Assembly (NCBI GenBank): GCA_963810095.1
Contig: CAWEMM010000009.1
Coordinates: 650,605 to 714,604, forward strand
Direction: 5' to 3'
DNA: 64,000 bases
Source: an uncultured Chloroflexia bacterium
GTDB taxonomy: Bacteria; Chloroflexota; Anaerolineae; CG2-30-64-16
Part shown: positions 34,731-44,848 of the stretch, in pieces
How the letters are laid out: each line of letters opens with the position of its first letter
Position numbering within the stretch: the first letter of the stretch is position 1
Notes under the pieces: generated by a model
Told to the model about the DNA's origin: nothing
Database searches by the model: none
Seen by the model: only the letters and a program-made list of their open reading frames with translations
Position numbers and translations under genes: made by a program

Positions 34731-36209
34731 CTATGGCCCCTTGAACCAAATCGCCTGATCGTAAACGATCTCGGTGTACGCCGGGCCAACCTTCGTGGAT
34801 GGCTCCAGGTACGCGCGCCAGCCGATCCACAGGTTATTCTGGAGCGAGAGGTCGACGCGGTCGCAGGTGGGGGCGGCCACGGTTGTGCAGTGGGTGTCGC
34901 TCCCGCAGTCGCGGGCGAACTTCCAGACGTACAGCTTGTCGGCCTGGTCCGCCGAATCAGAGCCCTTCAGCCAGTCGTTCGCCGTGCCCTTGAGCTGACC
35001 GCTCTGCTGCGAGACGATCCCAAGCAGCAGGTCCACGCCAGCGGCATCTCTGTTGACGTAGACGCCCGCATTCGAGTAAGTGGCCTTGCCAGTTGCCTCG
35101 TGGTTGGCGCCGTACACCATCACGAAGTCGTCCGGCCCCAGCGTAAACTTCTGCTCCGTCCATAGGTACACCGTATCCCGGGCCGGCCCGTACTCGGGAA
35201 CCTCGCGCTGCATGCCGTCAGAGCCGTCCGTCAGCCACACTTCGGTCGTGAGCTCCTGGTGCTCCCGCCCCGGGTTCTTGTCCAGGATCGCCTTCCGCAG
35301 CTCGTCGACGGCAGGCAGCAGGTCCAGCTCCGTCTGCCCGGTGCCCCGAACTCGCAGCTTCGGCACCGGGTACGGGTCGGCTTGCACGTCTGGGAGCGCC
35401 ACCCGCAGCACGACCTGCGCCTTGCTCATGTAGTCTTCCATCGCCTGCTCATAGCCAGGCACAGCACGGTACAGCCGCTGAATCAGGATCAACTGGTCCG
35501 CGCGCTGGCCAAAGCCGAGATGGGTCAGTGCGCTTGGCATTACCAGCGTGTTAAGGATGCTGGCCGGGTAGCCGGCCCGGCGCGCCGCCGCGGCCACACG
35601 GGCATCGACCTTGCGATCGCTCGTGATCACGACGATCGCATCCTTGTCGAACGGGTCGTCCGGCGGCCCACTCGTGTGGATCGTCAGGTTGTTGATCGTA
35701 TCGCCTATTGTCCCGAACGGCGAGATCAGCTCATCTTTTTTGTCGGACCAGCGATCCAGCACGAACGGCTGGTAGCTGAAGTAAGACACCGGCGGCGGCG
35801 TCTGGCCCACGATGATAAGTGCCTCGTTGGGGGCCAGGAAGAACTCGAAGTTGGTGAAAGTCTGGTACGGCTGCTCAGGTGACGGGGGCACGATGGCAAC
35901 CTTATAGGGCGCGCCGGCATTGTTGTCAAAACAGGACCATTGCCAGCCCAGCCCGCAGCAGGTGCGGGTTACGTCGAGGCGCACCATTCCCTCGCCCGAC
36001 TGCTCCTGGCTCTGCTGCACCCTGAAGCCCTGCGCCCGCAGTGCGTCGACGAAGCGGGCAACGTCCTCCTCGCCGCCAATCGGAGGCGCACCGGAGCCCG
36101 GCCCGGCGTCGGGTAAAGCCAGCGCCGCCAGGGCCGGCCCACTGCTTGCGGCGATCAGTAGGGCCACAAGTACGAATGCTGCCAGCCGCCACAACCCTCG
36201 CGTTTGCAT
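34731..36209 (-). CDS. Secreted hypothetical protein
   Basis: Signal peptide MQTRGLWRLAAFVLVALLIA; GAGGAGG RBS; about 490 aa with several Cys. Confidence 0.8.
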   Translation of the reverse strand: MQTRGLWRLAAFVLVALLIAASSGPALAALALPDAGPGSGAPPIGGEEDVARFVDALRAQGFRVQQSQEQSGEGMVRLDVTRTCCGLGWQWSCFDNNAGAPYKVAIVPPSPEQPYQTFTNFEFFLAPNEALIIVGQTPPPVSYFSYQPFVLDRWSDKKDELISPFGTIGDTINNLTIHTSGPPDDPFDKDAIVVITSDRKVDARVAAAARRAGYPASILNTLVMPSALTHLGFGQRADQLILIQRLYRAVPGYEQAMEDYMSKAQVVLRVALPDVQADPYPVPKLRVRGTGQTELDLLPAVDELRKAILDKNPGREHQELTTEVWLTDGSDGMQREVPEYGPARDTVYLWTEQKFTLGPDDFVMVYGANHEATGKATYSNAGVYVNRDAAGVDLLLGIVSQQSGQLKGTANDWLKGSDSADQADKLYVWKFARDCGSDTHCTTVAAPTCDRVDLSLQNNLWIGWRAYLEPSTKVGPAYTEIVYDQAIWFKGP

Positions 36210-36569
36210 GGAATCCTCCTCTTTGAGCTGCATGCCGCGCTCGATGTCATTTCTGTGTGCGCGGGACTTCACCGTCGTCGGAGAGCACCTGAGGGGCGCC
36301 TGAGCCAGGTGAATTGTAGCACGAATCCGCGGCCGTGATGCAGAGAGTTACGAGGAGATTTGTCGCCGAATCAGGCGTGGCTGCAGCGGGCGCGGCGTGG
36401 GCGTTCGGAAGCCGCTGGGCGCGGACCCCGCAAGGCGAGTGGTTCGCGTTCGAGAAGCGCGCGACGAAAGCCTCGGGCGGGCAGGGCTGGGCCGACGTGT
36501 GGGAGGGAGACGCAACGGAAGGTCGAAGGGGAATGACCCAAAACCAATGGCGAGGTGGGATCGCGGGTT

Positions 36570-36628
36570 CGTAGTGCCGACTTCAGTCGTTCGGCCCGCC
36601 GCCAGAACGACCAAAGTCGTCATCACGC
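36570..36628. repeat. GTAG-family REP doublet (degenerate)
   Basis: GTAGTGCCGACTTCAGTCGTTC plus inverted copy GAACGACCAAAGTCGTCATCACG. Confidence 0.55.
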
Positions 36629-36673
36629 ACGAAATCACCGTGCGTCTCGTCGATGCCTGGCGTCCGCCGGCCC

Positions 36674-37516
36674 CTACACCACCGCCTTCTCGTGCGCCTT
36701 CTCGAGTTCCTCGTTCACGGCTTCCTGCCGCTCGGTGGGCTCCTTGATGCCCAGCTGCAGCGCCTCCATCAGCTTCGGCAGCTCGGCGTCTGCGGCCCGG
36801 CGGCCCTGGTCGATCATGTACTGGCCCTTTGCAAAGGACTGGTACGCCACGTCTGAGATGTCCGGCTCGATCAGCAGGTCGGCCAGCAGCAGGCCGCCGC
36901 CCGCCCAACGGATCGCATTCTCGACCGCGGCAATGCCGCGCGTCAGCGGGTTGCGCGCCTTCGCCCAGTAGCGGCCCAGGATATTCACGCCAATGACATA
37001 ATCCGCGCCCAGTGCCCGCGTCTCACGGATGGGCAGGTTGTCCGACACGCCGCCGTCCGACAGGATCTTGCCGTCGATCTCGACCGGCACGACGATACCC
37101 GGCACCGACGAGCTGGCATGGCAGGCGCGGGCCACGGAGCCCTCCATCAGGACCACCGGGTTGCCGGTCAGCAGGTCGGTGGCGACCGCGGCGAACGGCA
37201 GCTTGAGGTCGGAGAAGAGCGGGTCGTTGAGCTGCTGGCGCAGGAACTGCTCGAGCTTGTAGAAGGAGATGAGGCCGCCCCGGCCCGGCCACGACAGGCG
37301 CGCCATGCCCCGCCAACTCAGATGCTTCGTCACCTCGCGCATCTCTTCGACCGAGTAGCCGGCGGCCACGAACGCGCCTACAATCGAGCCGACGCTGGTC
37401 CCCGTGACAACCTCGACCGTGACCCCCGCCTCTTCAAGCGCCATCAGCACCCCGATGTGCGCAAACCCGCGGGCCACCCCGCCCCCCAGCGCCAGCCCAA
37501 CCTTCATGAGATGCAC
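36674..37516 (-). CDS. Patatin-like phospholipase (RssA-like)
   Basis: GGGVARG, GTSVG, SDGG. Confidence 0.92.
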   Translation of the reverse strand: MHLMKVGLALGGGVARGFAHIGVLMALEEAGVTVEVVTGTSVGSIVGAFVAAGYSVEEMREVTKHLSWRGMARLSWPGRGGLISFYKLEQFLRQQLNDPLFSDLKLPFAAVATDLLTGNPVVLMEGSVARACHASSSVPGIVVPVEIDGKILSDGGVSDNLPIRETRALGADYVIGVNILGRYWAKARNPLTRGIAAVENAIRWAGGGLLLADLLIEPDISDVAYQSFAKGQYMIDQGRRAADAELPKLMEALQLGIKEPTERQEAVNEELEKAHEKAVV

Positions 37517-37527
37517 TCCCTGATAGC

Positions 37528-37610
37528 ACGCAGATTGAACCGATCAGGCCGGTCTTCATGATCCGCCGGAAGGAGATCATGGAGATCAGCCCAATCAGTT
37601 CGATCTGCGT
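37528..37610. repeat. Family B palindrome copy 2
   Basis: ACGCAGATTGAACCGATCAGG...GATCAGCCCAATCAGTTCGATCTGCGT. Confidence 0.8.
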
Positions 37611-37617
37611 CCCATCT

Positions 37618-39234
37618 CTAGTCCAAATACTCGTACGCGGGCAGGGTCAGAAAGTCTGAGAACTTGCCCTCGCATTCGATGTCGTTGCACGTGATGCGAT
37701 CGAGGATTTCCGCAGCCAGCGGGTACTTGCTGTTGGCGTAGACCTCCGGGTCCGCGTCCTGCTGCATCTTGCCCAGCTCTTCGCCCAGCACCTGGCGGAA
37801 CATGCCCAGCGTGATCTTGCGGCCATCCTCCAGCACGCCCAGCGGGCTCTTGATCCACTGCCACACCTGGCCCCGGCTGATTTCGGCGGTCGCGGCGTCT
37901 TCCATCAGGTTGAAGATGGGCACCGCCCCCGCGCCCCCCAGCCACGCCCCGAGATACTGCACCGCCACGTTGATGTTCCAGCGGAAGCCCTTTTCGGTGA
38001 TGGGTTCCTTCGGCCGGAAGTCGAGCAGATCGGCTGCGGTGACCTGGACGTCCTCACGCGCGCAGTGGATCTGGTTCGGGGTCGGCATGCCCCGGTTGAA
38101 CTCTTCGAGCGCAATCGGCACCAGCGCCGGGTGCGCCACCCAGGTGCCGTCGTGCCCGTCCGTCACCTCGCGCAGCTTGTCCTGGCGCACCTTCTCCATC
38201 GCCGCATCGTTCGCCGCCGGGTCGTTCTTCACCGGGATCTGCGCGGCCATGCCGCCCATCGCGTGCGCATTGCGCCGGTGGCACGTCTTGATCGTGTTCA
38301 ACGAGTAGTTGCGCATGAACGGCGAGGTCATCGTGACCAGGCTGCGGTCGGCGAGCACGAAGTCGTCGCGGTTGCGGAACTTCTTGATCGCGCTGAAGAT
38401 ATAATCCCAGCGTCCGCAGTTCAACCCCGCCGAGTGCTCGCGCAGCTCGTACAGGATCTCGTCCTCTTCGAATGCCGCCAGGATCGTCTCGATGAGGACG
38501 GTCGCCTTGATGCTGCCCCGCGGGATGCCGAGCGTGTCCTGCGCCATCTGGAAGATGTCGTTCCACAGCCGCGCTTCGAGGTGGCTTTCCATCTTCGGCA
38601 GGTAGAAGTACGGGCCCGAGCCTCGTTCGAGCAGTTCCCTGGCATTGTGGTAGAAGTAGAGGCCAAAGTCAAAGATGCCGCCCGGCATGTGCTCGCCGTC
38701 GATTGTAACGTGCTTCTCGACCAGGTGCCAGCCGCGGGGCCGCGCCATCAGGACGGCCACCTTGTCCTTGAGCGCATAGCGCTTGCCCTCCGGGCTGGTG
38801 TAGTCGATCTGCCGGCGAATCGCATCGCGCAGGTTGAGCTGGCCGAGCACGAGGTTGCTCCAGGTCGGTGCGTTCGCATCCTCAAAGTCGGCCATGAACA
38901 CATGCGCGCCCGAGTTGAGCGCGTTGATGATCATTTTGCGGTCGGTAGGTCCGGTGATTTCCACCCGGCGGTCTTGCAGGTCCGCGGGAATGGGCGCGAT
39001 CGTCCAGTCCGCGTCGCGCACCTGGCGCGTCTCGGGCAGGAAGTCCGGCTGCTCGCCCATGTCGAGCCGTGATTGCCGCTCCGCCCGGCGGTGCAGCAGC
39101 TCCTTGCGGCGCCCATTGAACTCGCGGCCGAGCTTCGCTACGAACGCGACCGCCTCGGGCGTCAGGATCTCCCCGTACGGGCCATCGGTTCGACCGGTAA
39201 TCTCGACGCCACTTGGCGCACCTTCAGAGTACAT
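37618..39234 (-). CDS. aceB: Malate synthase A
   Basis: [43 protein letters not shown]. Confidence 0.97.
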   Translation of the reverse strand: MYSEGAPSGVEITGRTDGPYGEILTPEAVAFVAKLGREFNGRRKELLHRRAERQSRLDMGEQPDFLPETRQVRDADWTIAPIPADLQDRRVEITGPTDRKMIINALNSGAHVFMADFEDANAPTWSNLVLGQLNLRDAIRRQIDYTSPEGKRYALKDKVAVLMARPRGWHLVEKHVTIDGEHMPGGIFDFGLYFYHNARELLERGSGPYFYLPKMESHLEARLWNDIFQMAQDTLGIPRGSIKATVLIETILAAFEEDEILYELREHSAGLNCGRWDYIFSAIKKFRNRDDFVLADRSLVTMTSPFMRNYSLNTIKTCHRRNAHAMGGMAAQIPVKNDPAANDAAMEKVRQDKLREVTDGHDGTWVAHPALVPIALEEFNRGMPTPNQIHCAREDVQVTAADLLDFRPKEPITEKGFRWNINVAVQYLGAWLGGAGAVPIFNLMEDAATAEISRGQVWQWIKSPLGVLEDGRKITLGMFRQVLGEELGKMQQDADPEVYANSKYPLAAEILDRITCNDIECEGKFSDFLTLPAYEYLD

Positions 39235-39261
39235 GGCAACCTCCGGCGAAATGACGGACCT

Positions 39262-39355
39262 GCCACGAATTGCACGAATCGAACGAATTCGCCGAATTGG
39301 AAAAGCTTCCGTTTTCGATGGCAAATCGTCGAAATCAGTCTGATAATTCGTCGGC
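39262..39355. repeat. 9-nt-periodic element, ACGAAT variant (family C)
   Basis: GCC-ACGAATTGC-ACGAATCGA-ACGAATTCG-CCGAATTGG with degenerate inverted arm (...AATTCGTCGGC). Confidence 0.65.
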
Positions 39356-39367
39356 GGCTTACAATCA

Positions 39368-40645
39368 TTAATGGAACTGCGCCTCTTCGGTCGAGCCCTT
39401 GAGCGCCGTGGTCGAGGCATGCTCGCCCGAGACGACGAGCGTGACCTCGTCAAAGTAGCCCGCGCCCACCTCGCGCTGGTGCTTCGTCGCAGTGTAGCCC
39501 TCGGCTTCCTTGGCGAACTCTTTAGCCTGGAACTCGGCGTAGGCGGCCATACCGCGCTTGCCGTAGTCCAGCGCCAGGTCGTACATGCTGTAGTTCAGCG
39601 TGTGGAAGCCTGCCAGGGTGATGAACTGGAACTTGTAGCCCATCGCACCGAGCTCGCGTTGGAACTTGGCGATGTCGGCATCGTCCAGTTTCTTCTTCCA
39701 GTTGAACGAGGGCGAGCAGTTGTATGCCAACACCTTGCCCGGGAATTGTTTGTGAATGCCCTCGGCGAACTCGCGCGCATCGTCCATGTCGGGCGTGGCC
39801 GTCTCGCACCAGATCATGTCGGCATACGGTGCGTAGGCGAGACCGCGGGAGATCGCGGCCTTGACACCCGCCTTGGCGCGCACGAACCCGTCGGGGGTGC
39901 GCTCGCCCGTGGAGAAAGCCCGGTCGTAGGGGTCGGCGTCGCTCATCATCAGGGTCGCGCCTTCGGCATCCGTGCGCGCCACCAGGATGGTGGGCACGTC
40001 CATGACGTCCATCGCCAGCCGGGCCGAGACCAGGTTGCGGACCGCGGTCTGCGAAGGGATCAGCACTTTGCCGCCCATGTGGCCGCACTTCTTCTCAGAC
40101 GAGAGCTGGTCTTCCAGGTGCACCCCGGACGCGCCCGCCTCGATAAAGGCCTTGACGATCTCGAAGACGTTCAGCGCGCCGCCAAAGCCAGCCTCGGCGT
40201 CGGCGACGATGGGGGCAAACCAGTACGTGTTGCCTTTACCTTCCTGCGTCTGGATTTGATCGGCCCGGCGCAGGGTATTGTTGATGTTGCGGACCAGTGC
40301 CGGCGCGCTGTTGGCCGGGTAGAGGCTTTGGTCGGGATACATCTGGCCGGCCAGGTTTGCGTCGCCCGCAACCTGCCAGCCGCTGAGGTAAATCGCCTGC
40401 AGCCCGGCGCGCACCATCTGCATGGCCTGGTTGCCGGTTACTGCTCCGAGGGCAGGGATGTAGGGTTCGGTGTGGAGCAGGCGCCAAAGGCGTTCTGCGC
40501 CCAGTTGGGCGAGCGTGTAGTCGATCTTGATCGAGCCGCGCAGCCGCACGACCTCGTCCGGCGAGTATGGGCGCTTGATTCCCTGCCACCGGGGATTCGT
40601 CTCCCAGTCATGCGCTAGTTCAGCCGCGCTCTTCAGTTGGGCCAT
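39368..40645 (-). CDS. aceA: Isocitrate lyase
   Basis: [22 protein letters not shown]. Confidence 0.98.
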   Translation of the reverse strand: MAQLKSAAELAHDWETNPRWQGIKRPYSPDEVVRLRGSIKIDYTLAQLGAERLWRLLHTEPYIPALGAVTGNQAMQMVRAGLQAIYLSGWQVAGDANLAGQMYPDQSLYPANSAPALVRNINNTLRRADQIQTQEGKGNTYWFAPIVADAEAGFGGALNVFEIVKAFIEAGASGVHLEDQLSSEKKCGHMGGKVLIPSQTAVRNLVSARLAMDVMDVPTILVARTDAEGATLMMSDADPYDRAFSTGERTPDGFVRAKAGVKAAISRGLAYAPYADMIWCETATPDMDDAREFAEGIHKQFPGKVLAYNCSPSFNWKKKLDDADIAKFQRELGAMGYKFQFITLAGFHTLNYSMYDLALDYGKRGMAAYAEFQAKEFAKEAEGYTATKHQREVGAGYFDEVTLVVSGEHASTTALKGSTEEAQFH

Positions 40646-40780
40646 GATCCACTCCTTTCCTAACGCGACAAATGGTCTCTCCAAACAAAGCCTACAGCGC
40701 CTCAATTATAACGCGCTGCGTCATGGAGCGTCAAGGGGTTAATGTTCCATTAGGGTCCAGTTCCAACATCAAACGGCGGC

Positions 40781-40864
40781 TAACCACAAAGACACCAAGG
40801 CTCAAAGCTACACGAAGTTTCACGGGACTTCGTGAACCTTTGTGTCTTCGTGTCTTTGTGGTTA
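40781..40864. repeat. Family A palindrome copy 7
   Basis: TAACCACAAAGACACCAAGGCTCAAAG...CTTTGTGTCTTCGTGTCTTTGTGGTTA. Confidence 0.85.
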
Positions 40865-40865
40865 G

Positions 40866-42587
40866 TTATCCCTCGCGAGCGAGACGTTTCGATGGGGGGT
40901 AGGGGAAGATGTCGAGCACTTCGCCGGCCCGGTGCCGGATCTGCATGTTGCGCCACCAACTCGCCTCAAAGAGGTCGCTATGCGCCGCGCGGAAGGCATC
41001 GGCAAGCCGCGGCTCCAGGCCGAGAAACGCCCGGAACTCCTCGGGGAACACGTCGTTCTCTGCGACGGAGAACCAGGGCTGCGCATCGCCGAAGTCGTCA
41101 TAGGCGTCGCGTGACTCGGGGATCACACGGAAGTTGCACTGGTTCAGCAGGCACAACTCGTCATAATCGTAGAACACGACGCGTCCGTGCCGGGTTACGC
41201 CGAAGTTCTTGAGGAACAGGTCGCCGGGGAAGATGTTGGTGGCGGCCATGTCCTTGATCGCCTGCCCATAGTCAAGCACCGCGTCGACCGCGTGCTCGGG
41301 CTGCTCGCGCAGGTACAGGTTCAGCGGCGTCAGGCGGCGCTCGGTATAAAGGTGCTTGATGTCGACCGTGTCGCCGAGCACCGAAACGGTGTTGCCGCTC
41401 GTGTGCAGCAGCTCGGCGAGCGCCTCATCCGTGAAGCGGCTGCGGTGAAACGCAAGGTGCTCGAATTCCTGCGCGTCGATCAGGCGGCCCGCCCGGTCCC
41501 GGTTGAACACGAGCTGGTAGCGGGCCTGTACGTCTGCCCGGGTCGTTCGCTTGGGGTGGGGAAACGCGTCCTTGATCACCTTGAAGACCACGTCGAACGA
41601 GGGCATGGTGAAGACCGCCATGACCATGCCTTTGTCGCCCCGCGCCAGCTCGAACCGGTCGTCCGAGTCCTGCAGGTGACAGTACAGGTCGCGGTAGAGC
41701 TCCGTCTTGCCGTGCTTGTTGTAACCGATCGAGGTATACAACTCGGCTCGACGCTTCAGCGGCATGATCGATTTGAGGAAGGCGACGACCAGGTAGGGGC
41801 AGTCGACGTCGACATGGAAATAGGAATGCGTAAACGAGAAGACGATGCTCGCGTCGTCTTCGGTCAGCAGCACCGCGTCCACGAAGATACCGTCCTCGCC
41901 GTTCAGCAGGGCAATGACGAGGGGGCTGGTCCCTGCCGCGGTGCAGATACGGCCGACCAGGTAGGCGGCCTTGTTGCGGTAGAACGGGCTGGCGATCAGT
42001 TCGATCGTCTCGAAGCCCGTTGCACCCCAGCGGGCGGCAAGATGCGCTTCGATCTGCGCCGCGGCCAGCTTGGCGTCGCCGTGCAGGTCCCGATAGGGAA
42101 CTTTGTACCGCAGGTCGAGCAGCGCGCGGGCGAGCAGCGCGGGCAGCGGCTCGTGCCGGTAAGCGTGGGTCACCGGGCACACGCTGTCGTGGGGCAGCGC
42201 AAAATCGGAATCCACGAACTCGATGCCCGGGTCGACGCCGACAGTCGCGAAGATGCGGCGGGTGATGGAGTTGAAGAAGGTTTCGGCCAGCTCGATGTCG
42301 ACGCGTCCGGCGATCAAGCCGGAAAAGGCCGCGCGCATCTCGGCCCACATGCCCTTGGTGCGAACGTTGTGCGACAGAAGATTCCGGGTGTCATAGACTG
42401 CCCGGTCTACGACGCGCTTGTACAGGTCGAGCCGCGCGATGGAATCCCGCTCGTGCCCATGCCAGTCGCGCTGCTCGAAGCGCCCCTTGGCGCACGCCGT
42501 AATCCGACGGAACGAGCGCTGGTACAGCGTGAACGAGTCATAGACTTCGGCTGCGGCCGCTTGGGCCAGGTTGAGCATGGACGCCAT
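40866..42587 (-). CDS. aceK: Isocitrate dehydrogenase kinase/phosphatase
   Basis: AETFFNS, FYRNKAAY, GKTELYR, GMVMAVF, NIFPGD..LKNFGVTRHGRVVFYDYDE. Confidence 0.95.
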   Translation of the reverse strand: MASMLNLAQAAAAEVYDSFTLYQRSFRRITACAKGRFEQRDWHGHERDSIARLDLYKRVVDRAVYDTRNLLSHNVRTKGMWAEMRAAFSGLIAGRVDIELAETFFNSITRRIFATVGVDPGIEFVDSDFALPHDSVCPVTHAYRHEPLPALLARALLDLRYKVPYRDLHGDAKLAAAQIEAHLAARWGATGFETIELIASPFYRNKAAYLVGRICTAAGTSPLVIALLNGEDGIFVDAVLLTEDDASIVFSFTHSYFHVDVDCPYLVVAFLKSIMPLKRRAELYTSIGYNKHGKTELYRDLYCHLQDSDDRFELARGDKGMVMAVFTMPSFDVVFKVIKDAFPHPKRTTRADVQARYQLVFNRDRAGRLIDAQEFEHLAFHRSRFTDEALAELLHTSGNTVSVLGDTVDIKHLYTERRLTPLNLYLREQPEHAVDAVLDYGQAIKDMAATNIFPGDLFLKNFGVTRHGRVVFYDYDELCLLNQCNFRVIPESRDAYDDFGDAQPWFSVAENDVFPEEFRAFLGLEPRLADAFRAAHSDLFEASWWRNMQIRHRAGEVLDIFPYPPSKRLAREG

Positions 42588-43056
42588 CGCGATCCTCCTC
42601 TTTCGGCGGGCGCGGCTTCGCCGTGTCTTTCAGGCATCATCCGGTCCCAAGGAGCGTGCGGAATCGATCCAGGAATAGTGTAGAAGAGGTTCGTGCCCCC
42701 GTCAACGTCTAAATGTCTGGAACCGGGAGGGGCCCACGCAGCGTTCTCCTGTTTGTGCTCTCATTGCGCAAGAAAAACGGCAGGGTGCTGTCGCAGGGGG
42801 AACGAGATCATTTGCACTTGGAATCGTTTCTATTCCGAATCGTCTCGATTCCGAATGACTTGCACCTTGGATCACTTACGCTCTGAATCACTTGACGAGC
42901 AGGCGGGCGCCTGTTAGAATCCGCGCGAGCGTGAAGGCTCAAGGTCTACGTCCGCACGACGAGTCGCCGTCGCCTCGCGTTGTTGTCGTCGTGCACCAGC
43001 GCCTGCCATTGGTCTTGCCTCGAATGGACGGACTCTGATCTGTGGGAAGTGGTGGT

Positions 43057-44331
43057 ATGAGCCGGAACGGACGGCAACAAGAAGACAAAATCGCGCTGGT
43101 CCTTGCGGGCGGCGGGATGACGGGCGCCGTGTACGAGATCGGTGCGCTGCGCGCCATTGACGACCTCCTCGTGGACCGCTCGGTCAACGATTTTGACATC
43201 TACGTGGGCACCAGCGCGGGCGCGATCGTCGCCTCCTTCATCGCCAACGGCGTGACGCCGGCCGACATGTACCGCGCGATCGCCGGCGAACACCCGGACC
43301 TTCCCGCCTTGCGCCGCGAGCACGTCTTCAGCTTCAACTACCGGGAGTTTGCCCGCCGTGGCATTGCGCTGCCCGCCAAACTGGCGGCCGCCGTCGGCGA
43401 CTACGTGCTCGACCGCCGCAACAGCACCTTGGTCGACACCCTGTGGAGCCTGACCGACGTCCTGCCTTCCGGCCTGTACGACGGCCGGGCGCTCGAGCGC
43501 TACATGCGCGAGGCGCTGCGCGACACCGGCAAGTCGAACAACTTCGACACGCTGACCAAAGAGCTCTTTATCGTGGCGACAGACCTGGCCTCGGGATCAC
43601 GTGCGGTGTTCGGCCCTGACGACGACCGGCAGTGCCCGATCTCGCTCGCCGTCGCCGCATCCACCGCGCTGCCGATCGTTTACAAACCCGTCATGATCGA
43701 GGGCCGTGAGTATGTGGACGGCGGGCTGGGCGGGACGGCCAGCCTCGACATTGCCATCGAACACGGGGCGACGCTGGTGGTGTGCGTGAACCCGCTGGTG
43801 CCGTACGATGACCGCACGGCCCAACCGGCCCGCTCGGGCGGCGAGACGCAGACCTTCACGCGCCGCGGTCTTTCGGCAATTGCCTCGCAAGTCTCCCGCA
43901 TCACGGTCTATGCGGGGCTGCGCTACCATATCAAGCAGCTCCGCCGGCAGCACCCCGAGGTGGATATCATCCTGATCGAACCGCGGGCCGACGACCAGCT
44001 GCTGGCATTTGGCAACATCATGCGCTACGGCGAGCGCCTGGCGATTGCCCGGCACGGATTTGAGGCGGTGACGCTGGACCTGGCAGAGGATTACCAGAAT
44101 TACAAAGAGACGCTGGCGCGCCATGGGGTGCCGCTGTCTCGCCGGCTGGTGATCGACGAGTTGCAGCAGATCGAGCGCTCGGGCAACAACCCCGAGGTGA
44201 TCGAGCGCATCCTCGAGGCGAGCAAGCCGCGCTGCAACGAGGGCAACCGCAACTCCATCTTCTGCCGTCTCTCGGACGCGTTGTCGAGGCTGGAGTACGA
44301 AATCGAAGCACGGGAGCCGCTGGCGGCGTAA
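43057..44331 (+). CDS. Patatin-like phospholipase
   Basis: AGGGMTG, GTSAG, YVDGG. Confidence 0.9.
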   Translation: MSRNGRQQEDKIALVLAGGGMTGAVYEIGALRAIDDLLVDRSVNDFDIYVGTSAGAIVASFIANGVTPADMYRAIAGEHPDLPALRREHVFSFNYREFARRGIALPAKLAAAVGDYVLDRRNSTLVDTLWSLTDVLPSGLYDGRALERYMREALRDTGKSNNFDTLTKELFIVATDLASGSRAVFGPDDDRQCPISLAVAASTALPIVYKPVMIEGREYVDGGLGGTASLDIAIEHGATLVVCVNPLVPYDDRTAQPARSGGETQTFTRRGLSAIASQVSRITVYAGLRYHIKQLRRQHPEVDIILIEPRADDQLLAFGNIMRYGERLAIARHGFEAVTLDLAEDYQNYKETLARHGVPLSRRLVIDELQQIERSGNNPEVIERILEASKPRCNEGNRNSIFCRLSDALSRLEYEIEAREPLAA

Positions 44332-44343
44332 GGAGCGAGCCCT

Positions 44344-44439
44344 AATAGGACGCAGATTCTACTGATCGAATTGATCTGGCTGATCCCCGAATTTAGAGAT
44401 CAGGCAAATCAGTCAGATCAGTACAATCTGCGTCCTATT
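44344..44439. repeat. Family B palindrome copy 3
   Basis: AATAGGACGCAGATTCT-ACTGATCGA-ATTGATCTG-GCTGATC...GATCAGTACAATCTGCGTCCTATT. Confidence 0.85.
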
Positions 44440-44830
44440 CATTTCCGCGGACGATATCCGGATAGCATCTGCGGCTGACCGTGAACAGGTCGCCGAGCGA
44501 GAGCGCTTTCCAGATCGGGCCCTTGACCCGCATCTGCCCGTTGCCCAGCGCGGTTTTCAGACTCAGCTCGCCCAGCAGGATCTTGTGGAACGTGTCGGCC
44601 GACATTTCGATTTCGAGGTCGGGTTTCACGCCGTTTTCGCCGAACGTCGTGCGCACAGGTGTCTCGCGGCCATGGATCACGATGTCTGCCGCGGGCCCAC
44701 TCGTGCGCATCAGGATGTTTATCTTGGACTTCCTGATCGCCTCTGTGGCGAGCGGGTAATTCTGCCGAACACACTCGAATAGCGCGCGCATGTTGGCATA
44801 ATACGACTCAGAATCACTGTAGAACGGCAT
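44435..44830 (-). CDS. SCP2 sterol/lipid-binding domain protein
   Basis: PDLEIEMSADTFHKILLGEL..KTAL..GQMRVKG. Confidence 0.82.
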   Translation of the reverse strand: MPFYSDSESYYANMRALFECVRQNYPLATEAIRKSKINILMRTSGPAADIVIHGRETPVRTTFGENGVKPDLEIEMSADTFHKILLGELSLKTALGNGQMRVKGPIWKALSLGDLFTVSRRCYPDIVRGNE

Positions 44831-44848
44831 CAACCCCCCCGACTTTGC

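Noticed and set aside
39235-39453. N-terminal extension of aceB ([12 protein letters not shown])
   Set aside because: It is the 9-nt repeat read in frame; the real start is ATG 39234 with a GGAGG RBS
39371-40618. 415-aa plus-strand ORF (likewise 28665-29942, 41187-42683, 11471-13117, 61441-62838, 6500-8116)
   Set aside because: Antisense shadows of well-supported genes caused by codon bias
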